IMG/VR virus record: IMGVR_UViG_3300022858_000345
Location: 1 to 64,000 of that record
Strand: one strand, 5' to 3'
Length of the DNA: 64,000 bases
Origin: a virus
In this document: piece after piece, positions 28,412 through 37,407 of the stretch
How positions within the stretch are numbered: the stretch's first letter is position 1
Layout: the number at the start of each line of letters is the position of its first letter
Translations under genes and position numbers: made by a program
The notes under the pieces: model-generated
The model's database searches: none
The model's input: the letters and a program-made list of their open reading frames with translations, nothing else
Told to the model about the DNA's origin: nothing

Positions 28412-29510
28412 GGTTATAGAAATTATGCCTCCTGAGATAGAGGAAATAGAGGATAGACTTAAAATATCTATTATTTTTAAATTGGATGGGAAGGAAATAC
28501 CTTTATGGTATGAGGCTCCTAAAAAATTTGTAAATATGGAGCAGTTATCAACAGCATTTTTTAATGCTCTTTATATTCCTGCTATAAATATGACAGGAAC
28601 ATTAAAGGTACATGGAGAAGTTTCTCCAAAACTTTTATCTAATATAGAAACAATACAAGATATGATGAAGAATTGGTTTCCTGTAAGATTTCCAGATTCA
28701 GTAGAAGTGAAAGCTAGAGCTTTAATTCCTAAAAATTCTTATTACAAACCTAAAGTAGCTGCTTTTTTTACAGCGGGTGTGGATTCTCTGAACACTTTTT
28801 TAAAGCATAAAGATGAAATTGATTATTTAGTTTATCATCATAAATTTATAGACGAGAAAGGAATGAAAATTAGTAATAAGAAGGAAACTAATAATATTAA
28901 AGAGTTTGCTAAAAAATACGGAAAAGAAGTTATAGAGGTAAAAACTAATATCAGCGGGTTTGTAGTTCCTCATGCGGAATGGACTGCTCAATATCATGGT
29001 TCAGCTTTTGCGAGTGCAGCTATTTTATTATCAAAAGATATAGGTAAATTTTATTTAGGTTCTTCACATTGTTATAGTAGTTTAGTTAAATATGGTTCTC
29101 ACCCAGCTTTAGATTATTTATTTGAGGTAGAAGGTATGCGACTTATTCATGATGGTGCAGAGTCTACTAGAATAGATAAAATTAGAAGAATTAGTCAGCA
29201 TCCAGAAGTTTTTAAATATTTAAATTATGGTTGCGGGAAAGAAATTTGTTCTAAACCCGAAAAATGTATAAGAACAATGATAATGTTAGATTTATTTGGT
29301 ATAAGAGATAAATGCGACCACTGCAATAAACACGATTACACCTTGGAAGAAGTAAGAAATATGTATATATCAGGAGAAAGTAATTTTTCTAAAGCAGTTG
29401 AAAATTATAGAGCACTATCAAAACGTCCAGATAAAGTAGAATTAAGGAAAGCTTTAAAAGTTTGTATGGATAATTATAAAAGAAAACGTGCTTGGAAATT
29501 TACTACTTAA
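28404..29510 (+). CDS. PP-loop (adenine nucleotide alpha hydrolase / QueC-like) protein
   Basis: FFTAGVDS PP-loop-like motif; GSHP.LD; R.DKI; C-terminal C...C...EKCIRT. Confidence 0.55.
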   Translation: MNKVIEIMPPEIEEIEDRLKISIIFKLDGKEIPLWYEAPKKFVNMEQLSTAFFNALYIPAINMTGTLKVHGEVSPKLLSNIETIQDMMKNWFPVRFPDSVEVKARALIPKNSYYKPKVAAFFTAGVDSLNTFLKHKDEIDYLVYHHKFIDEKGMKISNKKETNNIKEFAKKYGKEVIEVKTNISGFVVPHAEWTAQYHGSAFASAAILLSKDIGKFYLGSSHCYSSLVKYGSHPALDYLFEVEGMRLIHDGAESTRIDKIRRISQHPEVFKYLNYGCGKEICSKPEKCIRTMIMLDLFGIRDKCDHCNKHDYTLEEVRNMYISGESNFSKAVENYRALSKRPDKVELRKALKVCMDNYKRKRAWKFTT

Positions 29511-29709
29511 CTTTAAATTATGGACTACACACCAGGATTTTATAAAGATATAGATAAATCTTACAGAATGGAAGCTATTGAAAAGCTTTTAGGTACAATA
29601 CCTAATGAAAATAATATAATAGCTTATTTACAGGCTGCTAAGTTTGTCACAAGATTATGGGAAGCTAGAGGTATAACATTTAATAATTAATTAATTAATC
29701 ATAAATACT

Positions 29710-30468
29710 ATGGAAGTCAAAACAATCGCAGTAGATAGACTGCACCCAAACAGCTATAATCCGAATGTAGTTGATGAGAACATTATGGAGCAGTTAGAAG
29801 TCTCTATTAAAAGAGATGGAGTTCAGCAACCTATTATTGTTAGAAAAAGCAAAACAGAAGAAGGGAAATTTGAAATTATAGATGGTGAGCATAGATGGCT
29901 AACCGCAAAACAATTAGAATTAACTGAGGTTCCATATACCGTACAAGATATATCAGACGCAGAAGCAATGGTTATGACTATTAATATGAATAAGCTTAGA
30001 GGAGAGTTTGATACTATCAAATTAGCTGAATTGCTTAAAAATTTGCAGGAGACTTATACAGCAGAAGAACTACAAGGATTAGTTGGTTACTCAATAGAAG
30101 AAATTGCTAGTTATAATGATCTACTAACTTTTGACCCAAAAGATTTAGCGGATGATGGTGATGATTTAAAAGGAGCTATATCTTTAAGTGAACAGCAAGA
30201 ACAACTGCCTAATATATTTGAGCTTAGTCTTTCGCTAGAACAGTTAGAGATAGTAGAAGCAGCTATAAATTTTCGCGTAAAAGATGATAGAGCTAAAGGA
30301 CTCACAGCAGTATGTAGAGACTATCTATTAACAAGCGCACCAGATAAATATAAAGAGATACAAGAAAGAATGCGAAAATTAAACGCAAAAGTAGTACAAG
30401 AAGAAGTAGAAGTACCTAGTAAAGAGATACCAGTAGAGAGTATTGACAAGAATACTAATAAAGAGTAG
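29710..30468 (+). CDS. ParB/Srx N-terminal domain protein
   Basis: L.PN.YNPN, SIKRDG.QQPIIVR, IIDGEHRW. Confidence 0.85.
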   Translation: MEVKTIAVDRLHPNSYNPNVVDENIMEQLEVSIKRDGVQQPIIVRKSKTEEGKFEIIDGEHRWLTAKQLELTEVPYTVQDISDAEAMVMTINMNKLRGEFDTIKLAELLKNLQETYTAEELQGLVGYSIEEIASYNDLLTFDPKDLADDGDDLKGAISLSEQQEQLPNIFELSLSLEQLEIVEAAINFRVKDDRAKGLTAVCRDYLLTSAPDKYKEIQERMRKLNAKVVQEEVEVPSKEIPVESIDKNTNKE

Positions 30469-30593
30469 GGTACTACTTGAAAAAGTTAAAAAAGTTTTTG
30501 GAATTATTAACTTGGATAAGCCAAGGTGGTCTGAAAATAAATGTCATAAATGTCACATTAGGGGGGGGGTAAATAATTAACAAAATATCAATT

Positions 30594-30842
30594 ATGGATA
30601 TAAAACTCTATGAACAATTAGAAACAATGTATTGCTTGAAGAAATGTATTGGGGAAGAGATGCAATACTACACAACTATCTATAATGAAGCGGCTACTTA
30701 TAAAGACCCAGATCATCATTCAAAAGCTTTAGGATTTGAAAGCCTAATAGATATACAAACTTATTATGGGGTTAAAACATCTATGGCAAAAAGATTAGCT
30801 TTAGATATTAAAAATTTAGAAAGTAGAATATTAGGAGTATAA
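30594..30842 (+). CDS. hypothetical protein
   Basis: ORF. Confidence 0.55.
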   Translation: MDIKLYEQLETMYCLKKCIGEEMQYYTTIYNEAATYKDPDHHSKALGFESLIDIQTYYGVKTSMAKRLALDIKNLESRILGV

Positions 30843-30861
30843 AAATATAACTAATTTAAAA

Positions 30862-31143
30862 ATGGGTAACTGGCCTACAAGAGCTGAAAAGCTAAAACAA
30901 TTTAAAGACAGAATATTAGAAGACTTAGAAGTAGAAACAGATGAAGGATTAATAGTTCATCTAAAAGGAGGAGGTTCAATAAATTTTGAGGTATTGGTAG
31001 ATTGTTTTATCAGGACAAGAAAGTTTACACTTTATAGTTTAACAGATAGAATACATGACGCAGACAAAATAGATAGAAATAGTGTGTTTAAAATGATACG
31101 AGAAGAACTTAATGATATAGATAATGAATCAAGCCCGACCTAA
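30862..31143 (+). CDS. hypothetical protein
   Basis: ORF. Confidence 0.55.
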   Translation: MGNWPTRAEKLKQFKDRILEDLEVETDEGLIVHLKGGGSINFEVLVDCFIRTRKFTLYSLTDRIHDADKIDRNSVFKMIREELNDIDNESSPT

Positions 31144-31172
31144 AAAATTTTTTAGATTCGATCATTAAAATA

Positions 31173-31396
31173 TTGTAGGTATGATTCTCAAGAGAAATCT
31201 TGAGGTCTCGGAAAGCCTCTCAGATTAGCTGGTGGCGGAATAGGTAGACGCGTTACGTAGCGTCATTGCCCAATATTGATGTTATACGTGGTGTTATTGT
31301 AGGGTGACTATACGAGTTACCACCCCGCCTGAAACGGGGAACGGCAAAAGATCTCGTCAAATCCCTACCCAGCTAACTTGAGAGTCATGTCTACAA
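31173..31396 (+). ncRNA. structured RNA with a tRNA-like core (31226-31376)
   Basis: acceptor TAGCTGG/CCAGCTA; Leu-type D arm TGGCGGAATAGGTAGACGC; T stem GTAGGG/CCCTAC with an inserted hairpin; enclosing 20-bp helix 31173-31192/31377-31396. Confidence 0.7.
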
Positions 31397-31402
31397 ATTA
31401 TG

Positions 31403-31464
31403 TGGGGGTGTAGCCATTGGGGGCTAATAGCACTGCTATCGGTTCAAATCCGCACCCTCGACCA
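31403..31464 (+). ncRNA. miniature or degenerate tRNA (Pro-like) ending in CCA
   Basis: TGGGGGTG/CACCCTCG stem, GGTTCAAATCC T loop, ACCA end; D and anticodon arms shortened. Confidence 0.6.
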
Positions 31465-31592
31465 AATTATTGGTATAGTTCTTAATAGGAACGGTGGTAA
31501 TCTTGATTATGGCTCACCAACTAAACTTCCTATTAAGAATCGTGCTTATAATCAATCAACTATGAAGAAACTAAGTAAATTAACAAAAATAT

Positions 31593-31784
31593 ATGCAAAC
31601 ATTAGAAGACAAATTAGATAGACCCCAGCAAGTGTGGTGCTCAAAATGTAAAGATTGGAAACATTTTGATAGAGTATTACCTAAATTAGTATGCGAGTGT
31701 GGAGAAGTATTTACTAAGAAGTCACACCCTTTAACAGTACCAAATGAAAAAAAATATAGTAAAAATAAAGTGTGGGTGTTGTAA
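31593..31784 (+). CDS. small Zn-ribbon protein
   Basis: CSKC and CEC motifs. Confidence 0.5.
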   Translation: MQTLEDKLDRPQQVWCSKCKDWKHFDRVLPKLVCECGEVFTKKSHPLTVPNEKKYSKNKVWVL

Positions 31785-32025
31785 AGACACTTTAGAAATA
31801 TATTGTGGGCAAGGGCAAACAATATTCAGTATAGAGTTAGATAAATGGAGATTACTAGGTAGAATAAAATATGCCTTTGGAATAATATTTAGACCAAGTG
31901 TGTATAAATATGGAGGAACATTATGGATAGAGCCAAAGAGATTCAAAAAATATTTAAAAAGATTAGAGAAATTAAACGATGAAGCTATAAAAAAAGGGGA
32001 GGAGTGGGATAAGGAAAATCTTTAA
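31744..32025 (+). CDS. hypothetical protein
   Basis: ORF. Confidence 0.5.
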   Translation: MKKNIVKIKCGCCKDTLEIYCGQGQTIFSIELDKWRLLGRIKYAFGIIFRPSVYKYGGTLWIEPKRFKKYLKRLEKLNDEAIKKGEEWDKENL

Positions 32026-32044
32026 TAATTTAACCAATATAATT

Positions 32045-32314
32045 ATGCTAGATGAAAAAGCTAAAAAAATTCAGGAGCAGGAAAGGCTATCTAAAATAAA
32101 AGATATTAAAATTCTGCGAAATAGTATGCAGGAAGTAATAGAATTATTACAAAGTATATGGCGTACAAGAGAGATGAGTATTGCTATAACTAAATTTCAG
32201 GAAGGAAAGATGTGGTTAGGAATGGAGCTATCAAATTTAGGAGCAAAAGACTTAAATGCTGAAAGAGATAAAAAAGAAGTATCTAAAGACATAGAAAATT
32301 CTAATAATCAATAA
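32045..32314 (+). CDS. hypothetical protein (Acb2/Tad1-like hairpin motif possible)
   Basis: REMSIAITKFQEGKMWLG motif. Confidence 0.5.
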   Translation: MLDEKAKKIQEQERLSKIKDIKILRNSMQEVIELLQSIWRTREMSIAITKFQEGKMWLGMELSNLGAKDLNAERDKKEVSKDIENSNNQ

Positions 32315-32319
32315 ATTAT

Positions 32320-32502
32320 ATGAAGCAAGTAATTAAAAAAGGTGTGCCAGTTATAGCAGAGTTTAACTGTCCTTTATGCAAAGAGTGTTGGTTAACAGAT
32401 GAATATACTTTGTTTGGATTAGCAGAAGGAGGACATGAATTACATGATACTTGTGCAACTTGCAAAACTATGTCACAGGGTGTTAAACAATCTAATAAAT
32501 AA
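32320..32502 (+). CDS. small Zn-ribbon protein
   Basis: CPLC and CATC. Confidence 0.5.
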   Translation: MKQVIKKGVPVIAEFNCPLCKECWLTDEYTLFGLAEGGHELHDTCATCKTMSQGVKQSNK

Positions 32503-32504
32503 TT

Positions 32505-32837
32505 ATGAAAATAGCCTTTGATATTGACGACACAATTTGGAAGGTGCGTACAGAGAAGCCTTTTGGGCAAGTACCTGATTATAATTTAATATTAGTACTT
32601 AAATGGTTTTATGATAATGGAGATACTGTTTATGTTTGGTCAGCAGGAGGAGTGAACTACGCACAACAAATAGTAGAGAAGCTAGGATTAGAAGGAATGG
32701 TTACAGTTATACCTAAAGGAGAGTTAAACACTCCACACCCAGATAATCCAAAGATTGACATTGCATTCGATGATTGTGAAACAAACCTAGCTACAGTAGA
32801 CGTTAAAGTAAGACGAAAACATATTAACAATAAATAA
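32505..32837 (+). CDS. HAD-superfamily protein
   Basis: FDIDDTI, VWSAGG, FDD. Confidence 0.7.
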   Translation: MKIAFDIDDTIWKVRTEKPFGQVPDYNLILVLKWFYDNGDTVYVWSAGGVNYAQQIVEKLGLEGMVTVIPKGELNTPHPDNPKIDIAFDDCETNLATVDVKVRRKHINNK

Positions 32838-33062
32838 TTATGAAAATTCAATTAGACACAAAAGCTAAGACAATTAAAGTAGAGGATAATGTTCAACTAT
32901 CTGAACTTCTAACCAATAAATAATGATTAAGATAAACACAAAACAGATAGAAGAGTGTGACAAATGTTATTGTATGACTAATATATTAATGGATGAGGAT
33001 GGAAATAGATTTTGCGGGAAATGTAAGAAGCCTAAAAGTAAAATTAATATAACCAAATAAAT

Positions 33063-33404
33063 ATGTTAAAAGATGTAGAAAAAAAGCCACCAGTAGTTCC
33101 TGTGGAAATTACAGTACCTAAAGTAGATAGTATCCAGTATACAAAAGTTACTATGAAGATGTCAGATAATACAGAGCAGGATGGATATAGGCTTGTATGC
33201 CCTTGTGGTAATTATGATAGACAGAAATATGGAGATTATATAAAAACAATAATAGAGGAAGACGATAGAGGTAGGAAGTATTTTATAAAGGTTATGGCTT
33301 TGTTATGTAATAAATGTCGTAGCCAAGATATTCTTCTTTCAGAATTTAAGAAGGAATATGGAAGGATAGTAAAACCAGCTAGTAAAGAAAAGGTTAAAAC
33401 TTAA
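33063..33404 (+). CDS. hypothetical Zn-binding protein
   Basis: CPC and CNKC. Confidence 0.5.
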   Translation: MLKDVEKKPPVVPVEITVPKVDSIQYTKVTMKMSDNTEQDGYRLVCPCGNYDRQKYGDYIKTIIEEDDRGRKYFIKVMALLCNKCRSQDILLSEFKKEYGRIVKPASKEKVKT

Positions 33405-33422
33405 TTATTAAAGTACAAATTT

Positions 33423-33851
33423 ATGAAAGTAACTAAAAAATTTAAATTTGAAATGGCTCATAGACTCCAACACCACGAAGGGCTATGTTTCAATATTCAC
33501 GGGCATTCTTATGTAGTGGACGTAACAATAGAGAAAGAGGAAGTTAATACAGAGGGACCAGAAACAGGAATGGTAATGGACTTCGGTAATGTTAAAGAAA
33601 TAGGTAATAACTTATTTGACCAGTTAGATCATGCTTTTATGGTTAACACAGATGACAAAGCTGTAGCAGGATTCTTTAGAAAGCAGGAGTTTAAAACTTA
33701 TGAGGTAAACTTTGAGCCTACAGCAGAGAACATGGCTAAATATATTTATAATCAATTAAAACCAGCTTTTAGAGATGTTGGGATTAATATATATAATGTT
33801 AGAGTATGGGAAACATCAACAGCTTATGCAGACTATAATCCAATAAAATAA
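33423..33851 (+). CDS. queD: 6-carboxytetrahydropterin synthase
   Basis: FEMAHRL, C..IHGHSY, GMVMDF, LDH, PTAENMA, VWET. Confidence 0.92.
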   Translation: MKVTKKFKFEMAHRLQHHEGLCFNIHGHSYVVDVTIEKEEVNTEGPETGMVMDFGNVKEIGNNLFDQLDHAFMVNTDDKAVAGFFRKQEFKTYEVNFEPTAENMAKYIYNQLKPAFRDVGINIYNVRVWETSTAYADYNPIK

Positions 33852-34627
33852 TGGGAATAAAATTAATTAATGGTGATTGTATAAAAGAGTTAAAAAAACT
33901 TGAAGATAATTTTGTTGATTTAATAGTTATTGACCCACCATATAATTTACATAGATTTGATTATGGAAATAAAAGTGATTTTCAAGAAGATATAAAATAT
34001 AGAACTTGGAGTAAACAATGGATAGCAGAATTAGTAAGAGTATTAAAAGCTACTGGAAGTTTATATTGTTGGATAGACCATAATTATTTAGGATTTTTTC
34101 AGGAAGAATTTAATAAGGTATTACAGTATAAAAATACAATTATATGGTCTAAATCTCAAGGAGTATCCTATAAGCAGAAAAATTACATAGATAGATATGA
34201 GTGTTGTTTATTTTATACAAAATCAGAAAATTATATATTTCATAGTGACAAGTATTTTATTCCTTTAGGAATTGAACAATTATTGAAAAATATAAAAAAT
34301 TTAAAATACATGAACTGGTATAAAAATAATCCTAAAAAGGCTAAAGAAACATATGAAAGATTAAAAAAGAAAGGTAAGTTTATGGTAAATGTTTGGGATG
34401 ATGTAGGGAGTAAGGTTAAAAAACATACTAAACACTTGAATGAAAAGCCTTTAGAATTGATTAAAAGATGTGTCTTGATGAGCAGTAATAAAGAAGATTT
34501 AGTATTAGATTGCTTTATGGGAAGCGGGACTACTGGAGTTGTATGTAATGCATTAAAAAGAAATTTTATTGGGATAGAATTAGAAAAAGAGTATTATGAT
34601 ATTTCAGTCAAGAGAATTAGTATATAA
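33851..34627 (+). CDS. beta-class N4-C/N6-A DNA methyltransferase
   Basis: DPPY precedes H..EKP and LDCFMGSGTT. Confidence 0.9.
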   Translation: MGIKLINGDCIKELKKLEDNFVDLIVIDPPYNLHRFDYGNKSDFQEDIKYRTWSKQWIAELVRVLKATGSLYCWIDHNYLGFFQEEFNKVLQYKNTIIWSKSQGVSYKQKNYIDRYECCLFYTKSENYIFHSDKYFIPLGIEQLLKNIKNLKYMNWYKNNPKKAKETYERLKKKGKFMVNVWDDVGSKVKKHTKHLNEKPLELIKRCVLMSSNKEDLVLDCFMGSGTTGVVCNALKRNFIGIELEKEYYDISVKRISI

Positions 34628-34651
34628 ATTATTTATTAAAAGACTTAAATT

Positions 34652-35431
34652 ATGTTAATATCAAAAATGCCAGATGGATCGCCAGAAGTATATAAAGCCT
34701 TTCAGGGAGAAGGTACTACTATGGGTGAATTATGTGTATTTGTTAGGACAGCAGGATGCTCATTAAGATGCACTTTCTGTGATACTTCTTATACTTGGTT
34801 GTTTGATGGAGATAAACTAAAGCATAAATACTCTGAGCCAGTTAATAGAGAGAAGCATGTAGGAAGAGTTACTCCTGAAGAGTTAGGCTTAGAAATAAGA
34901 AAAGCGGCAGGCCCTATCAGAAGAGTAATATTTACAGGAGGGGAACCTTTACTACAACAAGATGAAATATTAAAAGTAATTGATTTCCTAGAAGAGGACG
35001 GAGAATTTTGGGTTATTGAAATAGAAACGAATGGTACTATAAAATTTAATGAAGATTTAATACCTTTTGTTGAGTATATTAATTGTTCCCCAAAGATGGA
35101 GAATAGCGGTAATCCTAAATCACAAAGAAATAAACCAGAAGTAATAGAACAGTTTTTCGACTTAGCTAAAGATGTTCAAGGACCAGAAATGGTAATATTT
35201 AAGTTTGTAGTTGGTATTGATACTTTTAAAGGAGATTTAAAAGAGATAAGAGCTTGGCAAAAGGAGCATGATATACCTAATAATATGGTTTATTTAATGC
35301 CTGAAGGTATAGAGCCTGAACAAATAATAGAAGGAACTAAATATTTATTTGAAAACGCTTGTAGTAAGTATGGCTATCAGCTAAGTACAAGATTACAGGT
35401 ATTACTATATGGTTCTCAAAGAGCTACTTGA
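34652..35431 (+). CDS. queE: 7-carboxy-7-deazaguanine synthase (radical SAM)
   Basis: FQGEG, FVRTAGCSLRCTFCDT, TGGEPLLQ, IETNGT, CSPK, RLQVLLYG. Confidence 0.92.
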   Translation: MLISKMPDGSPEVYKAFQGEGTTMGELCVFVRTAGCSLRCTFCDTSYTWLFDGDKLKHKYSEPVNREKHVGRVTPEELGLEIRKAAGPIRRVIFTGGEPLLQQDEILKVIDFLEEDGEFWVIEIETNGTIKFNEDLIPFVEYINCSPKMENSGNPKSQRNKPEVIEQFFDLAKDVQGPEMVIFKFVVGIDTFKGDLKEIRAWQKEHDIPNNMVYLMPEGIEPEQIIEGTKYLFENACSKYGYQLSTRLQVLLYGSQRAT

Positions 35432-35479
35432 TTTACACATTAATATCTTATATTATATATTTATACTTAACTATATAAT

Positions 35480-36055
35480 ATGGATTCAAAAGAAGTTTCT
35501 AAAAGGTACAGGTCAATCAGAAAAAGTAAAGGAGTTTGTATGACATGTGGTAAACCTAAGGAAGATAATCGAAAAAATAGAGTTACCTGTCAAAAATGTG
35601 CTGATAAGTGTGTAGCGTATAATAAAAAAATTAGAGACCAGAGATTGAAGAATAAGCAATGTGTAGAGTGCGGAGATAAAGAGGTTGTAAATGAGTTTAA
35701 TTATTTAGATTCCAAGAGAGCTAATAAAGAAATTAAGTGTTTAAGATGTTATTTAAAACACTTATCTAGGAATTATCTAGGAACAAATACTAGGTGGGGA
35801 GAGCTAAAAAGGTTATATGATAACCAAGGAGGTAGATGCTACTATTCTAATTTACCTATTATAGTAGGGGAGGGAGCCACATTAGACCATACTATACCAT
35901 CTAAAGGAGGCACTAAAATAACTGAAATTAAAAATTTAAAGTGGGTAGATAAAAATGTTAACTATATGAAAAGAGATTTATCAGAGAAAAAGTTTTTACA
36001 ATTAATTAACTTAATACATAAGCAGTATGAACCAACAAAATATAGGGCTTCCTAA
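35480..36055 (+). CDS. Zn-finger HNH-type endonuclease
   Basis: several CxxC; GRCYYS..LDH.IP.KGG..NLKWV...VNYMK; promoter TTGATT-N17-TATTAT at 35428-35456. Confidence 0.7.
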   Translation: MDSKEVSKRYRSIRKSKGVCMTCGKPKEDNRKNRVTCQKCADKCVAYNKKIRDQRLKNKQCVECGDKEVVNEFNYLDSKRANKEIKCLRCYLKHLSRNYLGTNTRWGELKRLYDNQGGRCYYSNLPIIVGEGATLDHTIPSKGGTKITEIKNLKWVDKNVNYMKRDLSEKKFLQLINLIHKQYEPTKYRAS

Positions 36056-36168
36056 AATTCAGGATAAAAGAAAAACTAAAACTACTTTGCCAAAGATAAA
36101 ACAGCAAAGGCATAAAGTTAGGAAAGATTACAATTCATTTAAAAAATAATTTATTAACACCAAATATT

Positions 36169-36489
36169 ATGGGGAAAAACAAGAAAAACAGAAACACATC
36201 TAATATGAAAGATCAGCTACCTATTAAAGCATTAACTCCTCCTACTATTAAAAGGAAGACTATGGAGGTACCTGCTCAAGTACATGATAGATATCTTTTA
36301 GATATTAATGCTAATGGTGAAGGGCTTAAGTCAATGTTGTATCATACATTTTTTCATATTCTTATGTTTTTATTAGTACCTTTGGCTATTATAGTCAGCA
36401 GGGTACTTGGTAGAAGAATAAAATGGTTTAATGTAGGGCCAGTACCAAAAGAAAGATTTATGGCAAACAGAACGGATCAAGTTAGATAA
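36169..36489 (+). CDS. membrane protein
   Basis: one hydrophobic segment. Confidence 0.55.
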   Translation: MGKNKKNRNTSNMKDQLPIKALTPPTIKRKTMEVPAQVHDRYLLDINANGEGLKSMLYHTFFHILMFLLVPLAIIVSRVLGRRIKWFNVGPVPKERFMANRTDQVR

Positions 36490-36512
36490 TTATTTTAATA
36501 ATCAATTTTATT

Positions 36513-37406
36513 ATGTTTGAACGAAAGTCAAAAGATACTTTACCTTTAGGAGCTTTAAAGGGTGAAGAAGATTCTAGGGATTATATAGCGGGTCATATTT
36601 TAGGAGATATTGATCCTAAGTTTGTAATGCCAGAAGAAGTTAGATTAGATATAGAGGAAGGCAATCAAGGTGCTTTAGAGGAGACTAGAGTGGCTTGTAC
36701 TTGTTTTGCGGCTTATCATGTAGCTCAAGCAATTAATGAGTTAGAGCACCAACAAGAGCTATCTGTTGATTTTGTAAAAGGTTGGAGATTGCAAAAACAT
36801 TTAGGTACTGCTTCAGAAAAAGGAGATTATGTAGTAACAGCTTTAAAAAGTCTTGTAAAAAATGGATTAATTACTGAAGAAGGAACATACCCTATTAAAG
36901 CTTTTGCTCGTATTAGTTTAGGAAAGAGCACACCAGAAGAAATTAAATACTGGTTAGCTAAAGGGTATCCAATAGTTACTTCAGCTAGAACTACATCTAC
37001 TAATTTTAAAAGAGCCAAGACAACAGGTTATTGGACAGGATTAGATGGTACCATAAGAGGTGGACATGCTTTCGCTTTAATGGGTTATACAGGTAGTAAT
37101 AAAGATATTGTAGCCTCTCAGAGTTATGGAAGTAATTATGGATTTTATGGAGATGGTACATTTAGAATTGAAGATAAATTTGTTAAGAATTTAGATAGTT
37201 GTTATTTAGTATATGATATGAGAGAAGTAAAGAATATTTTTACAGATGTAACAGAGGATAGCTGGGTAGCTGAGGCTCTTAAATGGGCTAAAGATAAGAA
37301 AGTAATAAAAGGATATGAGGATGGTTCTTTTAGACCCGATCAGCCTATGACAAGAGCTGAAGTAGTTCAAGTAATGTATAATTATCATAAAAAATTTAAA
37401 AAATAA
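36513..37406 (+). CDS. papain-like (C1) cysteine peptidase with a C-terminal SLH domain
   Basis: D.RDY, NQG...ACTCFA, GGHAFALMGY, QSYG..YG..G.F; SLH FTDV...W...GYEDGSFRPDQPMTRAE. Confidence 0.75.
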   Translation: MFERKSKDTLPLGALKGEEDSRDYIAGHILGDIDPKFVMPEEVRLDIEEGNQGALEETRVACTCFAAYHVAQAINELEHQQELSVDFVKGWRLQKHLGTASEKGDYVVTALKSLVKNGLITEEGTYPIKAFARISLGKSTPEEIKYWLAKGYPIVTSARTTSTNFKRAKTTGYWTGLDGTIRGGHAFALMGYTGSNKDIVASQSYGSNYGFYGDGTFRIEDKFVKNLDSCYLVYDMREVKNIFTDVTEDSWVAEALKWAKDKKVIKGYEDGSFRPDQPMTRAEVVQVMYNYHKKFKK

Positions 37407-37407
37407 T

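Noticed and set aside
31400-31621. 73-aa ORF
   Set aside because: Overlaps the mini-tRNA and hairpins; the sequence is better explained as RNA structure
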